This document shows positions 13,201 to 24,691 of a DNA stretch of 64,000 bases, in pieces. A model generated the notes under the pieces. The model did no database searches and was not told the origin of the DNA. It worked only from the letters and a program-made list of their open reading frames with translations. Source of the DNA: an uncultured Planctomycetota bacterium (lineage in GTDB: Bacteria > Planctomycetota > Planctomycetia > Isosphaerales > Isosphaeraceae); contig CAWGMQ010000010.1 of NCBI GenBank assembly GCA_963823665.1, positions 1,696,001-1,760,000 of the forward strand, read 5' to 3'. The translations under genes and the position numbers were made by a program. How positions within the stretch are numbered: the stretch's first letter is position 1; each line of letters begins with the position of its first letter.

Positions 13201-15652
13201 CGCCGCCCGTGCCACCCTGGCCGCCGGGTTCCTGGCGCCCGAAGTAGAAGAAGCCGTTGGGTGTCCCCGTTCCCCCGAGGCCGCCGGTGCCGCCCAGACC
13301 GCCGAGCCCGCCCTGTGCTTTGTTGCCGCTGATCACGTCATCGGCGAGCGTCAGTGTTCCCGCGGCCAGATAGATCGCTCCGCCCTGACCGATCCCGCCC
13401 GCGGTTCCGGGACCACCCGGCCCGCCGGTGACGGAAGCACCCAGGAAGCCCGTTGACCCGGTGGCGCCCTGGGCCTCGTTGCTTTCCATCGAAACCTTGG
13501 ACATCGACACCAGGCCGCCATCCATCAGGATGCCGCCGCCGACGCCTGACCCGGTCGGCAAGAGCAGTCCGCCCGCGTCTCGGGCCATTCCACCGCTGAT
13601 CGTGAGGTTCTGGAAGAACACAGTCAGATTGCTGAAGCCCCCTGGCAACATGCCGAGGATCTCGAAATCTCGGTTCTCACCACCCGCGGTGATGACGGAT
13701 TGCCCCTCGCCCATTCCCTGGACGTTGATCGTCTTGTTCGCCATTTGCGAGGTGTTCTGAAGAACGATCTGGCCCCCGCTGACGTCGTAGTTGGCGCTGT
13801 AGACCAGAAGCAGATTGTTGATGGCATCTGCATTGGACCCAGCGGCGGCGAAGTCGTTGCGCACGCTCTGGTCGACCGGCAGCGGATAATAAACGCCGGT
13901 CCCGTTCGGAGCCGCCGGGGTTACCGTGACCGGGGTGGTGGTCAGGCTTGCGAACGGGTTCTTGCCCGCAAGGACGCTGATCTGGAAAACATAGGGAGTT
14001 GACGAGACAAGATTGAGCGTCAAGCCATCAAGCACGCCCATCCCGCCCGACATCTGAACCTTCACCGGAGCGAAGGTCGCGCCCGGAGGGCCGGAGACCA
14101 TGGAAATCGTCGCCGTCCCGCTGAAGCCGAACGCGAGATTGCCCTTGGCGTCCAGAGCCTCGACAACCGTGCCGAAGACACCGCCGGCCTGCACGCTTGA
14201 CGGAGGCTGGTACTCGATAGCCGCCGAAGTCGCCGCGCCGTAGTCGGCAAGGTCAGGGATCAGCTTGTTGCCGACCGGCGAGCCGCGGCCGGTCACCAGG
14301 TCATAGCCGGGGCCTGCGTTGTAAAAGTTATAGCCGACCGTTTCGTCGTGGAAGTCGCTCGCGGGGAGCGAATAGAGCGCGGGCAGGGTCTGGTTGGGCC
14401 CGTCAAGCGGCTCTAACCCGCCTTGCACGCGACCCTGATCGGCGATGGCGATTTCACCCGCCCAGGTTGGACTAGCAAGGCTCGTGCCTCCGACTGTACC
14501 CCAGGGCGTGCTTGATCCGAAATCGCTGGGATCGTAGACCGACACACCGGTGTCGACATCGGCGTCAGAGGAAACGTCGGGAACGGTCCGGAATCCTCCG
14601 CCGCCACTGAAGCCATCATCCTGCTGAAACACCGGCGTGGGGTAGACGGTGCTGATGCCGCCGCCGCTGGCCAAATCCGTGTCGAATGAATCGCTGCCGT
14701 AGCTCCAGCCGATTTCGTTCAGCCACTGGTTGCTCTTGGTGAGAGTCAGCGTTGTGCCGCCGACTGCGACGACGTCGGGCGAGAGTGAAGGATAGAGGGG
14801 CCCAGAGCCTTTGACGGTGGGGTTAGCGCCTTCGTCGCCGGTCGAAGCGAGAAAGGTGACATACGGGTTCGCGGCCAGCGCGGCCTGGAAGTAGGTTTGA
14901 TCGATGAACGTCTCGAGTGACCCGAAGCCGGCTTGTTCGTACTCGGCGCCGAAGCTCATCGAGACTACCGAAGCGCCCAGCTTGGTGACCGCGGTTTCGG
15001 CCGCCTGGAACAAGTCAAGGCCAGTAGGACCCTCCACAGCTTCGACAATATCGAGATTAGCGAGCGGAGCGATGGCGTGGGCCCATTCGATATCGAGAGC
15101 GATTTCCGTGCCCCAGCCGGACACCGGCGCCGGAAGCGTGGTTCCCCCGGTCTGGTTGTACATTCCGAATGAGGGTGGATCGGGCAGGCCGAACTCCTGG
15201 TCGAAAACCTGAAGTGCACTTCCGGCGAACTTGGGACCGGTCGGCTGGAAGCTCGTGTTGTTGCCGTAGTCGATGACCGCGATGGTTTGCCCCGCACCAT
15301 CCCCTTGAATTCCGCCGGGGAACTGAATGAGAGGGATTCCATAGGCCGTCTGCAACTGGATCGGTGTCAAGCCTGTAGGAGACGGCGCCTGGAGTGGGAC
15401 GATCCCGCCGCCGGGGCCTGTCCCGGGGAGACTGCCAGGACTGATCTGAATATCATGAAGCGCCGCCTCCTGGCGGGGCGTGAGCACCAGCTTGCCTTCG
15501 GGTGTCGTCGCCACCGGCCCGAAGGTCTGGTTGATCGGCATGGTCACCGATGATAGAACCAACCGGTTTTCGAGGTCCTCCAAAAGCGGGCGCGAAGCGC
15601 ATCGTGGCTTCTGGAGTCGATTGGAGCGGACTGATCGCTTGCGAGCGGACAT
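4201..15652 (-). CDS. Giant secreted protein (~3800 aa): planctomycete LExR motif, S53 (sedolisin/kumamolisin-like) peptidase, Gly-rich segment, parallel beta-helix repeats with six choice-of-anchor-Q-like modules, Thr/Lys-rich basic tail; three apparent frameshifts
   Basis: ATG 15652 with GAGG SD; RPLLEDLENRLVLS. S53 motifs EIALDIEWAHAIAP, ASTGDEG, GGTSLASP and GYDLVTGRGSP. Many GGAI.N.G.LT+ repeats; LANNGGPTQTIALL.GSPAID modules at ~10870, 9370, 8060, 7020, 5740 and 4670. ORFs 10199-15739, 4897-11004, 4767-5396 and 4201-4770 join at ~11190, ~5400 and ~4830. Confidence 0.85.
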
Positions 15653-16306
15653 AGGTCGTTCTTCCTCGGTGCGGGGACCAGAAGCGCGGCCAAGGATCAC
15701 ACGGTGACCCAAGCTGCCCTGTCGAGCCGACGACGTCAATGAAAACGGGAATTCCTACTTACGATACGCATCCGTTACGATTTCAAACGCCCTGCAACGC
15801 GGCCAAGAGATCTCACGAGGACCGAACCCGAGCGAACGAATAACTCCGTCCGCAGAAGAGGATCAATACTACCAAACTGCGCAAAATGTGTGACTTACGC
15901 AGTCTGCCTTGCAGTTCGATCAAAATCAAGCCGATCGCCTGAGGACTCCTTCACAAAAAAGCCATCTGGCCGGATCAACCATCATGAACGTTGACCCGTC
16001 AGAGGTTTACGATGATTCGCCCTCTCTGAACTGCGTCCCTGACAATCTCCATACCATGCATGATATTTATCTCGCATCTATGCGATGCTCGCCCGGTCAA
16101 CCGCACAATCTTGGTCCGATTGACAGCGCGACCATTCGATTCCTTAGCGGACGCATGGGGCTCCTTCGATCCATCGCACTTGTGTGCAATCATCATGCAA
16201 TGGTCGCTCGCATCGTGTCAAGTGAGTGCTGGCGAAAGTGTGAATTTTCTTGAGGCCGCGACGGTCGTAGGCTTTTCTACCCAATCCGTGCGCCGCTGAG
16301 ACATCC

Positions 16307-16327
16307 GTAGGGTGGGTGCAACCCACC
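16307..16327 (+). repeat. GTAG-family REP-like palindrome
   Basis: GTAGGGTGGGTGCAACCCACC: GTAG tetranucleotide followed by a GGTGGGT/ACCCACC hairpin, in an intergenic region. Confidence 0.55.
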
Positions 16328-16544
16328 GGTAGCCATGTTAGCCCGAGGCGCCCCGCCAGACCCTGAAACGGTCGTCGCGGTGCGAGGAATCGATCGATCG
16401 CGCCGGATGATCGACGGGTTCGGTGAGTCGAAGCGGAACATCGCACGTGCTTCAAGTAAAGTGCCCGGATGACGCGAGACATTTCGCCACTGGACACGAG
16501 ACTGGCAGCGCACCTCCTGTGCGAGCCCATGAGAGGATACCAGG

Positions 16545-17513
16545 TCATCCTCCAAAATTCGACACCCTGGCTTCGTGACTCGATCGGTTCGCGTCATCCT
16601 CGGAGCGAGAAGCCGCGCCCGATGATTCGGTGCCAGGCAAGCTTTGCGTGGCGAAGGGACCGGGATTGGCGAAGAACCGGCGTCGATCTTCTTCGCTGGC
16701 GCAGAGGAACAACCGCCCGGCGTAAAGAATGCCCCAGCGCGGATCGCCGGGCGTTGTCTTTCCGCGCTCGAGCTGCGTCACGGGACACGCGCCGCCGTTC
16801 CAGGGCACGTAGCGATCCCGATTCTGGCGAAATCGTTCGCCCGCCGCCGGCGTCGCGAAGTAAAAGGCCTGGCCTTCGTGCTCGATTACGTGCTCGCTGT
16901 GGCCTTTCTTCAGCTTCCGCTCGTCGACCAGGCTCACCACGCAGTATCCGCTCGCGGCGAGCGTGCCGCCGCCGCCGGGCTCAGCCTTCTTGTCGCCACC
17001 GGGCGTTGCGTCTGCTTGTTCCTGCGAGCCGGCGGCCGGCGGTGCTGGCTCGGGTCTGGATGAAACCCGCGCATGGCAATCGCGCAGCAGTCCGTCGAGC
17101 TCTTGCGGACCCAGATACCCCTGATGAAAGCCGATGATGTCGCGGTTGGGCGCGACCACGACCGTCGCCGGAATCGCAGTGAGATTGAAGGCCGCGACGA
17201 GCTCTTCGTTGAGATCGGACCTGAGTTTGAGCGGCACGCACGATCGCTGCGCGTGCTCGACGATCGCGGGATGGGGAAACGAGTCGTTCTCCATCCGGGT
17301 GCAGTTCGGGCACCACGGGCCGGTGAACTGGATCCAGAGGAGCCGATTGGCGGCGCGGGCATCGTGCATCGCACCGGCGTAATCGTCGCGCCAGACGATT
17401 GTTGCTGGTTCGTCTGCGCAGGCGACTTGATGCGGGAAAAGAAGGCCGAGCACCCCGAGGGCAAGCGCGAAGCGAGATCGGGCCCGTTTGGGCCTTTTGG
17501 CATGCGAGTTCAT
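16545..17513 (-). CDS. Secreted thioredoxin-family (CxxC) protein fused to YHS-like domains
   Basis: Signal peptide; WIQFTGPWCPNC; then GYCVVSL...FYFATPAA..RF..N.DRYVP...G.CPV...GRLFLCASEEDRRRFFANP, which is YHS-like. Confidence 0.8.
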   Translation of the reverse strand: MNSHAKRPKRARSRFALALGVLGLLFPHQVACADEPATIVWRDDYAGAMHDARAANRLLWIQFTGPWCPNCTRMENDSFPHPAIVEHAQRSCVPLKLRSDLNEELVAAFNLTAIPATVVVAPNRDIIGFHQGYLGPQELDGLLRDCHARVSSRPEPAPPAAGSQEQADATPGGDKKAEPGGGGTLAASGYCVVSLVDERKLKKGHSEHVIEHEGQAFYFATPAAGERFRQNRDRYVPWNGGACPVTQLERGKTTPGDPRWGILYAGRLFLCASEEDRRRFFANPGPFATQSLPGTESSGAASRSEDDANRSSHEARVSNFGG

Positions 17514-17752
17514 CAAGCATCTCCGTCAGCGACGAGGTTCAGAGGCTGTCGTGAGTGAAGGCTCGCGGCGCTATGCCGCGTACTCCTTCCCTGGAGATGC
17601 CACCCGAGTTCACCGAGCGGGCCAGACCATTGGCAGTCGAACGAAAGTCGGTTTTTTCTCGACAGTCAAATCGGCCGGCGGTGGGCTCGCACTTGAACCG
17701 CGAGCGGCGCTCCGAAATGTCGCGGCCGGAAGAATCGCGACAAGCGGTTCCT

Positions 17753-18341
17753 TCAGCGAGATCGGCGCGAGTGGCGCAGCGCGAGGGGGGGCTTCAAGAC
17801 CTCTATCAAGATCGCGATCTCACGGAGCTTTTCCGGGGAACCGAGAATGGCGCGAGCGGACTGGGCGTCGAACGTCGAGGTTTTGGGGCGGACCGGGCGC
17901 GGCTCGAGGGACGCGCGAGTTCCCAGCGGAGTGAGCGTGGCGCTGAGCGATGACAGCGGGATCTCGAGGGGGACGATTTCGAGCGGGCGGTTGGCGGCCT
18001 GCGACATGCTCAGGCTGATCTGGCTGGAGAGCCGGCGGCCTCTTTCCGGCTCGGCGGTCTTGGCGGTGGTCGCGCCCGAAGTCGAGCGGCCCCGGCCGCC
18101 CCGCCGGGACGAGCTTCGCGATCCACGTGAGGATGTCGGGACCGGCGCAGCGGTCGCCGCCGCGCCGGGAAGTGATCGCGCGGCGCGGGAATCAGACTCG
18201 GGAAACCGGCTCGCCGACGGCGCGAGCCCACCCATGGGCCGGGCGCGGGGGCCTCGGCGGCAGGGGCTGCGTCTCGCGGCTCAGCAGCGAGGTCAGTGCC
18301 CAGAGGAGCAGGATTCCGAGCGAAATCAGGATCTGGAGCAT
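17753..18341 (-). CDS. YqfB-like small membrane protein, third gene of the nfeD-floA operon; one apparent frameshift at ~18240
   Basis: ATG 18341 gives MLQILISLGILLLWALTSLL (TM), which joins ORF 17753-18235. The C-terminus LREIAILIEVLKPPLALR resembles the YqfB-type AII.SEILGPP.A.R motif, and the gene lies directly after floA. Confidence 0.6.
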
Positions 18342-18436
18342 GGTGTCGCTTTCGGGGGGGCGGGAAGGGATCGTTCGCGTGGGTGCAGGCGAGTTGACGC
18401 ACTTTCGCAGAGCGAAAGGCGACTATTCGGCCCGCT

Positions 18437-19504
18437 CTAGCCGGGTACCTGTGCGTTCTCGCGGCGTGCGTTGCCGGTTCCGGCGATCGAGTTTCGCATT
18501 TCGGTGTCGGCTTGAACGTTGCGAAGATTGTAATAGTCGACGATGCCGAGATGTCCCTTCCGGAAGGCCTCGGCAATGGCCATGGGGATTTCGGCTTCGG
18601 CTTCGACGACCTTGGCGCGGTTTTCCTGGACGGCGGCTTGCATTTCCTGTTCTCTCGCCACGGCGAAAGCACGCCGCTCCTCGGCCTTGGCGCGGGCGAC
18701 GCGGGTGTCGGCTTCGGCCTGGAGGGCTTGAAGGTTGGCGCCGATGTTATCGCCGACGTCGATATCGGCGATGTCGATCGAGAGGATCTCGTACGCGGTT
18801 CCGGCGTCGAGGCCTTTTTCGAGCACACGCTTGGAAATCGACTCGGGCCGCTCGAGCACCTGGAGGTGCGTTTCGGCCGACCCGATCGCGTTCACGATGC
18901 CTTCGCCCACGCGGGCGATGATCGTCTCATCGGTGGCGCCGCCGACTAAGCGGTCAAGGTTGGTCCGCACGGTCACCTTGGCTTTGACCTTCAACTGAAT
19001 GCCGTTCTTGGCAACGCCGTCGATTGTCTGGCGGCCGGATGCGGGATCGGGGCAGGGGATGACCTTGGGGTTCACGCTCGTCTGCACGGCCTCGAGGACG
19101 TTGCGGCCGGCCAGGTCGATGGCGGCGGCTCGCTTGTAGGAGAGCGGGATATCCGCGCGGTTGGCGGCGATCAGCGCGCGGACGACGTTGGGCACGTTGC
19201 CTCCGGCCAGGTAGTGGGCCTCGAGTGCCCGGGTCGTCATCCCGTCCTTCTCGGACAGACCGGCCTGGTAGGCCATGATCTTGGAGCGGACCATGATGTT
19301 GGGATTGACCTTGCGGAACGACATGCCGACCAGCTCCCAGATCGTCACGTTGGCCTGGGTCATCTTGGCCTGGATCCACAGCTTGAAATACTTGGCGAGG
19401 AAGATGCTGACGATCAAGGCGAAGCCGCCAATGGCGATGATCAGCAGCCAGATATAGGTTTGCCACGGGTTCGTGGGCAGTTGCGCGAAGAGCACGGTGG
19501 TCAT
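18437..19504 (-). CDS. floA: Flotillin-like protein FloA (YqfA/UPF0365)
   Basis: [85 protein letters not shown] and [14 protein letters not shown] 19504 with AAAGGA SD. Confidence 0.95.
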   Translation of the reverse strand: MTTVLFAQLPTNPWQTYIWLLIIAIGGFALIVSIFLAKYFKLWIQAKMTQANVTIWELVGMSFRKVNPNIMVRSKIMAYQAGLSEKDGMTTRALEAHYLAGGNVPNVVRALIAANRADIPLSYKRAAAIDLAGRNVLEAVQTSVNPKVIPCPDPASGRQTIDGVAKNGIQLKVKAKVTVRTNLDRLVGGATDETIIARVGEGIVNAIGSAETHLQVLERPESISKRVLEKGLDAGTAYEILSIDIADIDVGDNIGANLQALQAEADTRVARAKAEERRAFAVAREQEMQAAVQENRAKVVEAEAEIPMAIAEAFRKGHLGIVDYYNLRNVQADTEMRNSIAGTGNARRENAQVPG

Positions 19505-19526
19505 GGTGTTTCCTTTGAAGTTGTGA

Positions 19527-21729
19527 TCAACTACCGATTTTCTTGACGACGACCCGCGGCCCCTGCACGTCGACGACTTCAATCAAGGTGTCGGGCTCGA
19601 CGAAGCGGTCGCCTGCGGTGACGTCCAGGAGCAAGCTGCCGAAGCGTGCCTTGCCGGTGGGTCGTAGAGCAGTGGTCGTGCGCCCGGTTTCACCGATCAA
19701 GAAAGCGAAGGAATCGAAGCCGTCGGCCGAATGTCTGCTCTCTGTGTCTTCGACTTCGACCGCTGTCCAGGGCTCGGGCTTCAAGATCAGGCGGTTGAAC
19801 AGTGGCAGCGACGGGAAGTACCGTGCCAGCCCGACCGCAGCGCACCCGACGGCGATCAGCACGCCGGTCAATTGCAGGAGCGTGTGGCCGAACTCCTGGT
19901 ATTCGTAATCTTCTCTGGGCCAGATGAACGTGTGGCTGGCCAGGACGATGCTGCAGAGCATGAGCAGGATTCCGCTCATTCCGAAGACGCCGAAGCCCGG
20001 AAACACGAAGATCTCGAGTGCGATGCAGACCAGGCCGATCAGGAAGAGAATGATCTCTAGCTGGTCGGCCGTTCCGCTCAAGTAATGGCTGCCGAAGAAG
20101 AGCAGAAACGCGACGGCCGAGATGATCGCCGGCAGGCCGATACCGGGCAATTTCAGCTCGACCACGAGCATCACCGCGCCGATGAAAAGCAGCATCCAGC
20201 TCACGTACGGATTGGTGAGCACCGTCACCAGCCAGTCGACCCACCCTGCCCCTTCGACCCGCATGGTGCGCGGGACGGCGTAGAGGTCCTTGAGCTCGTC
20301 GCCGCCGGAGACCACGTGCCCCAGACCGAACGAGGCGGCATCATCGGCGCCCAGAGTGAGAACGGATCCGGGGGCTTTACGGGTTTCGAGGATCCGGAAT
20401 CGATCTCGCGCGGCCAGGGCCTCGGCGCGGAGGATCAACCGGCTCGCGCCGGTCTGGGCGTCGCTGGCCTCGACGATTTCGGCTTCCGGATCGATCATGG
20501 CAATCGGCGACGGCTTGCGGATGCCCTTTGGCCTGGGCCCACAGAGCGGCCTTCTTGGCCAGCCCGGCGCGGGTGGTCGCGCTCAGGTCGTGCAGCATGC
20601 CGTTCCGCCCGCTCACGGTCTGGCGGATATCGCCCATGGTCGCGCCCTTCTTGAGGACGATGTCGCGGCAGGCCAGCGGCAGAAGCGCGGCCACACCCAG
20701 GGCCCGTTCATTGATGTAGGCGACGGTCTTCATGTCCTTGATCTCGGCGAGGATGTCGCCCATCCGGTCACCGGCTGCCTCGGTTCCCCCCGGGCTGTCG
20801 ATTTCGAGGATGAACAGGTTCTTTTTCTGCTGCCGGGCGTCCTCGAGCTTTCGCGACAGGAACGACACCGAGACGCTGTCGAGCAGTCCTTCGAGCTTGA
20901 TCCATTCAGGGCGGACGCTCTGGCCCAGTGTCGGGTCGTCGACCGACGACCGCCCCCCCAGTTGGTACATGTTCGCCAGCTCGGCGGGGCTCTCGGCGGT
21001 GCGCTTGCAGAACCCTTCCGCCCGCGCGCGCTCTGCGGTCAGGATGCCGCGGGCACCGGCGTCCCAGGCGGCTTTGTCTTCGGTGACGTTGTGGGTCTTC
21101 AAGAATTCTTGCATGTTTTCCGCAAGAACGTAGTGCACGGCGCGATCGGCAGTACGCACCACATGGAGGTCCGCGTCGCGGTCGAGCATGCCCAGGAGCA
21201 GGTCGGGCTCGCGCGTCTTGCGAATCGCCAGAAACCGAATCGGTTCCCGGTGGGCGGGGTCGAACGCACGGTCCTCGGGTGTGATCGGGCCCAGCGAGGC
21301 CGATGCCCCCATCACGATCTCGGTGCAGGCGACCGCGGGCAGCACGACGAAACCCTTGAGCGGCTTTGGCACGTAGGCCACCGTGAGCTTCGCGCCGGCC
21401 AGGTCGCGTGAGATCAAGCTCGCCAGGTCGTATGACGACCCGAACTCGCTGCTCCCAGGCGCCGTGTCGCCGGGGAGGAACTCGAACACAAGAACCGGTC
21501 GCGCCGCCTTGCCCGACGCCGCGGCCCGATCGACAAGCTGCCGCGAGGCCGCTCGAACCCTGGTGAGCGTATCGTTCGTGATCGGCTCCACGATCTGAAA
21601 GAACTGGCCGGGGGCGTCGTCGGCGCTTGCCGCTTCCTGGGCACGTGCGACCAGTGAAGCCGGCGCCGCAAGCACGGTCACGCAGAGCCACACTGCGACG
21701 TGGCGCGGCACAAGAACTGGGCGGAACAT
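19527..21729 (-). CDS. nfeD: Long-form NfeD family membrane protein (two ClpP/crotonase-like domains, TM region, OB-fold); one apparent frameshift at ~20505
   Basis: [32 protein letters not shown] and [21 protein letters not shown]. Immediately upstream of floA. ORFs 20377-21843 and 19527-20498 join at AVA-IAMIDP. Confidence 0.88.
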
Positions 21730-21970
21730 GGCAGCCGGACTCCCTTCGAGAGTCGGACGCGCCTCTTTGGCCTCGTTTTCCGGCACAACGATACAAGCGT
21801 TGCAATCAGGGCTGATTCGCGTGAAGTCCTTAATAGGAGTCAATCACACTCGTTTGCCGTTCACAAGAGAGCGCGAACTGAATCCATCAAGTCGCTCATG
21901 ATCCTGATTATAGACGGGCCGCCGGAAGGGGTCAAACATGGCGCACGGGCTGGATCAGTACCAGCGAAAT

Positions 21971-22945
21971 TCATTGGCGATCGATCGGCTCCCGACCGGG
22001 AACGGTGCGCTGTGCCGCTTTGGGATCCCCCGGCCGGCGAGCACGCTTGGCGCTAGCGCCCGTCGGATCATCGCGCAGGGGATTGATCTCGGTTGTCCAC
22101 CCGCTAACCTTGCTCATCTTCACCCCGATGAAGTACTTCTCGCTGATGCCCTCCTTGTTGTTGGCACTGAACTTGGACAACCAGAAGTCTTGCCGCTTCA
22201 CCCGGTCGGGCGAAATGAGCGTGATCTGTGCAGGCAGCAGGAACTTGCGGTCGAGCTTGACCCACGCCGTGCTGAAGACGTCTTGATCTTCCTTGAGTCG
22301 CGGGGTCACCACGACGAGGGAGTACTTCTCGTCCTGACCTCGCAACACCATGTGGTATCTCTGTTTGGCATCTCCGGCACGCATCCGGAACAGGAACGGC
22401 AGCGGCCCCTCATCGAGCACCTTTTTGCGCATGGTGTTGTCGAGCGTCCAGATCACGAGGTTCTTCACGTCGGATCGGTAGTCCCATACTTCCTTCCCGG
22501 TGCACAGAATCGTCTCGAACGGGTCCGAGAGAGGCTTCCCGTTCTTGTCCTTCTGCACAACCATCACGCGCTTGTTCTTCACTTTCGGATCGGCCTGCGC
22601 CGACATCTTGACCTTACGGTAGTCGACGTACGCCAGATCGGGGTTCTTGAACGCGGCATGTCCCGTGAAATGGACCTCATCGCCCCACTCTGCGTCGCGG
22701 TCGATCCGGTAAATATCGACCTCGAGTGTCTCGAGTTTCCTGCTCTGCAATTCCCACTGGCCGAGCAATGCATCCATCGCCTCGGGCGGAAACGCCTGCG
22801 CCTGCTGGACTTGCCCGGGCGCCGCCTGAGCCGCTCTCGCCTGCTTGGCCGGAGCCTGCCCGCGATCCTGGGCTCGAGCCGCTTGGTAATTTATAGCCAG
22901 CACGGCGACCGACACGACAGCGAAGAGCATTTGACGACGCGGCAT
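21971..22945 (-). CDS. Planctomycete TIGR03009-like / LolA-like periplasmic protein
   Basis: ATG 22945 with GGAGGG SD; signal peptide; LLGQWELQS, ETILCTGKEVWDY, EGPLPFLF.M.A.DAKQRY and LDRKFLLPAQI. Confidence 0.75.
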   Translation of the reverse strand: MPRRQMLFAVVSVAVLAINYQAARAQDRGQAPAKQARAAQAAPGQVQQAQAFPPEAMDALLGQWELQSRKLETLEVDIYRIDRDAEWGDEVHFTGHAAFKNPDLAYVDYRKVKMSAQADPKVKNKRVMVVQKDKNGKPLSDPFETILCTGKEVWDYRSDVKNLVIWTLDNTMRKKVLDEGPLPFLFRMRAGDAKQRYHMVLRGQDEKYSLVVVTPRLKEDQDVFSTAWVKLDRKFLLPAQITLISPDRVKRQDFWLSKFSANNKEGISEKYFIGVKMSKVSGWTTEINPLRDDPTGASAKRARRPGDPKAAQRTVPGREPIDRQ

Positions 22946-23358
22946 GGGCAATCGCCCTCCATGCACCGGCCCCGGGCGCACCGGCAAACGTATCGACGAA
23001 CTGATTCGACCAACCACCGCGGATGTTCCATCAACCCGCAGAGAATAGAGACCGGGGAACCTACCACAACTGCCAAAGAACCACCAGTGCAGCCGGCGGG
23101 CCGAGCCCGGTCCTCCGATCGCCAATGCGTCTCCTCGTCCTCCGCCCGCCGTCCTGCGTTTCACGCCCTCCATCGCCCCGAGTTCGTTTTGTATATTCGA
23201 CGCGCGTCCTTGTCCCATAACGATTAAGGGAACGAATCCCAGGAATTCCTCGCGCCCTTGTGAGCGAGGTACCGCCGCGGCATGAGCATCCCTCCCGCTC
23301 TTGTTGGGAGCTGCCGCCGCAGGCGTCGGACGGGGGTCGCGCGCAGGTAGGCCGCAGC

Positions 23359-23391
23359 CAACTGACAACCGACAACTGACAACTGACAACC
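23359..23391. repeat. Heptamer tandem repeat (CAACTGA)x4.7
   Basis: CAACTGA CAACCGA CAACTGA CAACTGA CAACC, read directly. Confidence 0.8.
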
Positions 23392-23643
23392 AGCCCAACG
23401 GCAACGCCTTGGTTTTCGATGCGCCGCCGACCGTTTCCGATGCCAAGCCTGGTGGCTCGCCGAGACACCTCGGAGGGGGTCCAAAACATAGTGAACAAAC
23501 TAAGAGATTCAGGGTGGCGGTTTCGACCTGACTAGCGCCACGAGGTGTTTTTGATCGCCAGGCCGCATCGGGATCATACCCTATCATGTTATCTCCATTT
23601 GATTTATGGAGCAACTGCGCCCCTGTCTGACGACCACATGTAA

Positions 23644-23669
23644 GTGGCGGATTGTGGCGCATTGTGGCG
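23644..23669. promoter_or_regulatory. Three GTGGCG direct repeats with 10-bp period (possible protein-binding array)
   Basis: GTGGCG-GATT-GTGGCG-CATT-GTGGCG. Confidence 0.35.
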
Positions 23670-23864
23670 CGTTTACGAGGGGTCTCCAGCATTTGTACAT
23701 TAGTGTAAATCGCCCGCTTTCAGAAGCTGCCAGTGGCCGGCAGCCGTCCGCTATTGAATACTGCTCGGTGATGCTTCCCCGGGCTGGCGTGTAAGGCCGC
23801 AACAGTACAGCCGACGGCAACGCCCTGGGGCCTGCCTTCGCACGCTTCAAATAAGTAGAAGTGG

Positions 23865-23914
23865 ATGAGACAAAATGAGACGAAATGGGACGATTTAGCC
23901 CAAAAAAGTCTCAC
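23865..23914. promoter_or_regulatory. Three ATGRGAC direct repeats with 10-bp period plus one inverted copy
   Basis: ATGAGAC at 23865 and 23875, ATGGGAC at 23885, GTCTCAC at 23908. Confidence 0.35.
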
Positions 23915-24691
23915 ATTGCTCGCTGTGTTGAACCCCCTCCGATGGCTATCCGGAACGCTTTGAAGCCGTACGGAAAGACTGAGAGCCAAAGAGGATAGCC
24001 CCACAAGTCCCGCTTCATGATCCCTCGCCCCAACGGCGGAAAACTCACCCTCACCGCGGTCCAAACCCGTCCCACTGCCGGCAAAGCTCAAAATTCGGTG
24101 GCATTTCGTCGCGCACCGATCCCCCTTTTGGAGCACAGTCCGGCCCCGTATTTCCCACAACATGGCCCTGGCCAGGCCGAGCTGAATTCTTCGAGCACGC
24201 GCCCGAGCAAACGAAGCAGTCATTCCCGGTCCCAGAGAGATGTGTGGTGCCTCGCGCCGACTCCAGTGTCGGCGATCGAGATCGCGCTAAGTATATTATG
24301 CGACGGGTTTCCCGGATTTGGCCATTTCGTCGACCAGAAAACCCGGAATTTTTTTCGCGTCGCAACGGATGCAACGATCAACGCGATTGCAACCCCCGAA
24401 TTGAGAGTGATCTGGTTAAGAACTCTGCAAGAACGCCCGACGCGATTCCCGCATCGAGGTTGTCCGTTCGGTCGATGCGCGTCCTCGTCCTCAATGCAGG
24501 TCATCTGATCCCCGACAGCCAGCCATTCGGCTTGAGTGACGCGCGCGAGGTCGACAGACGCAGAAGAGCTTCCGAACAGTGTCAGAACGCAAGGTTACGC
24601 CGCGCATGTTTACGAACGGCGCGCTCGCCACCGTCCTTTTGGAGAAAATCGCATTCGATTCTGAACGATGCACCCCGATTACCTCATCACA

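Noticed and set aside
15653..16544. Short ORFs or an ncRNA in the ~900-bp intergenic region
   Set aside because: No recognisable motifs, SD-supported starts or RNA family features beyond one REP-like hairpin; probably regulatory DNA.
22946..23692. N-terminal 250-aa extension of ORF 21971-23692
   Set aside because: It reads through heptamer repeats and has no protein-like pattern; a good SD and signal peptide place the start at 22945.
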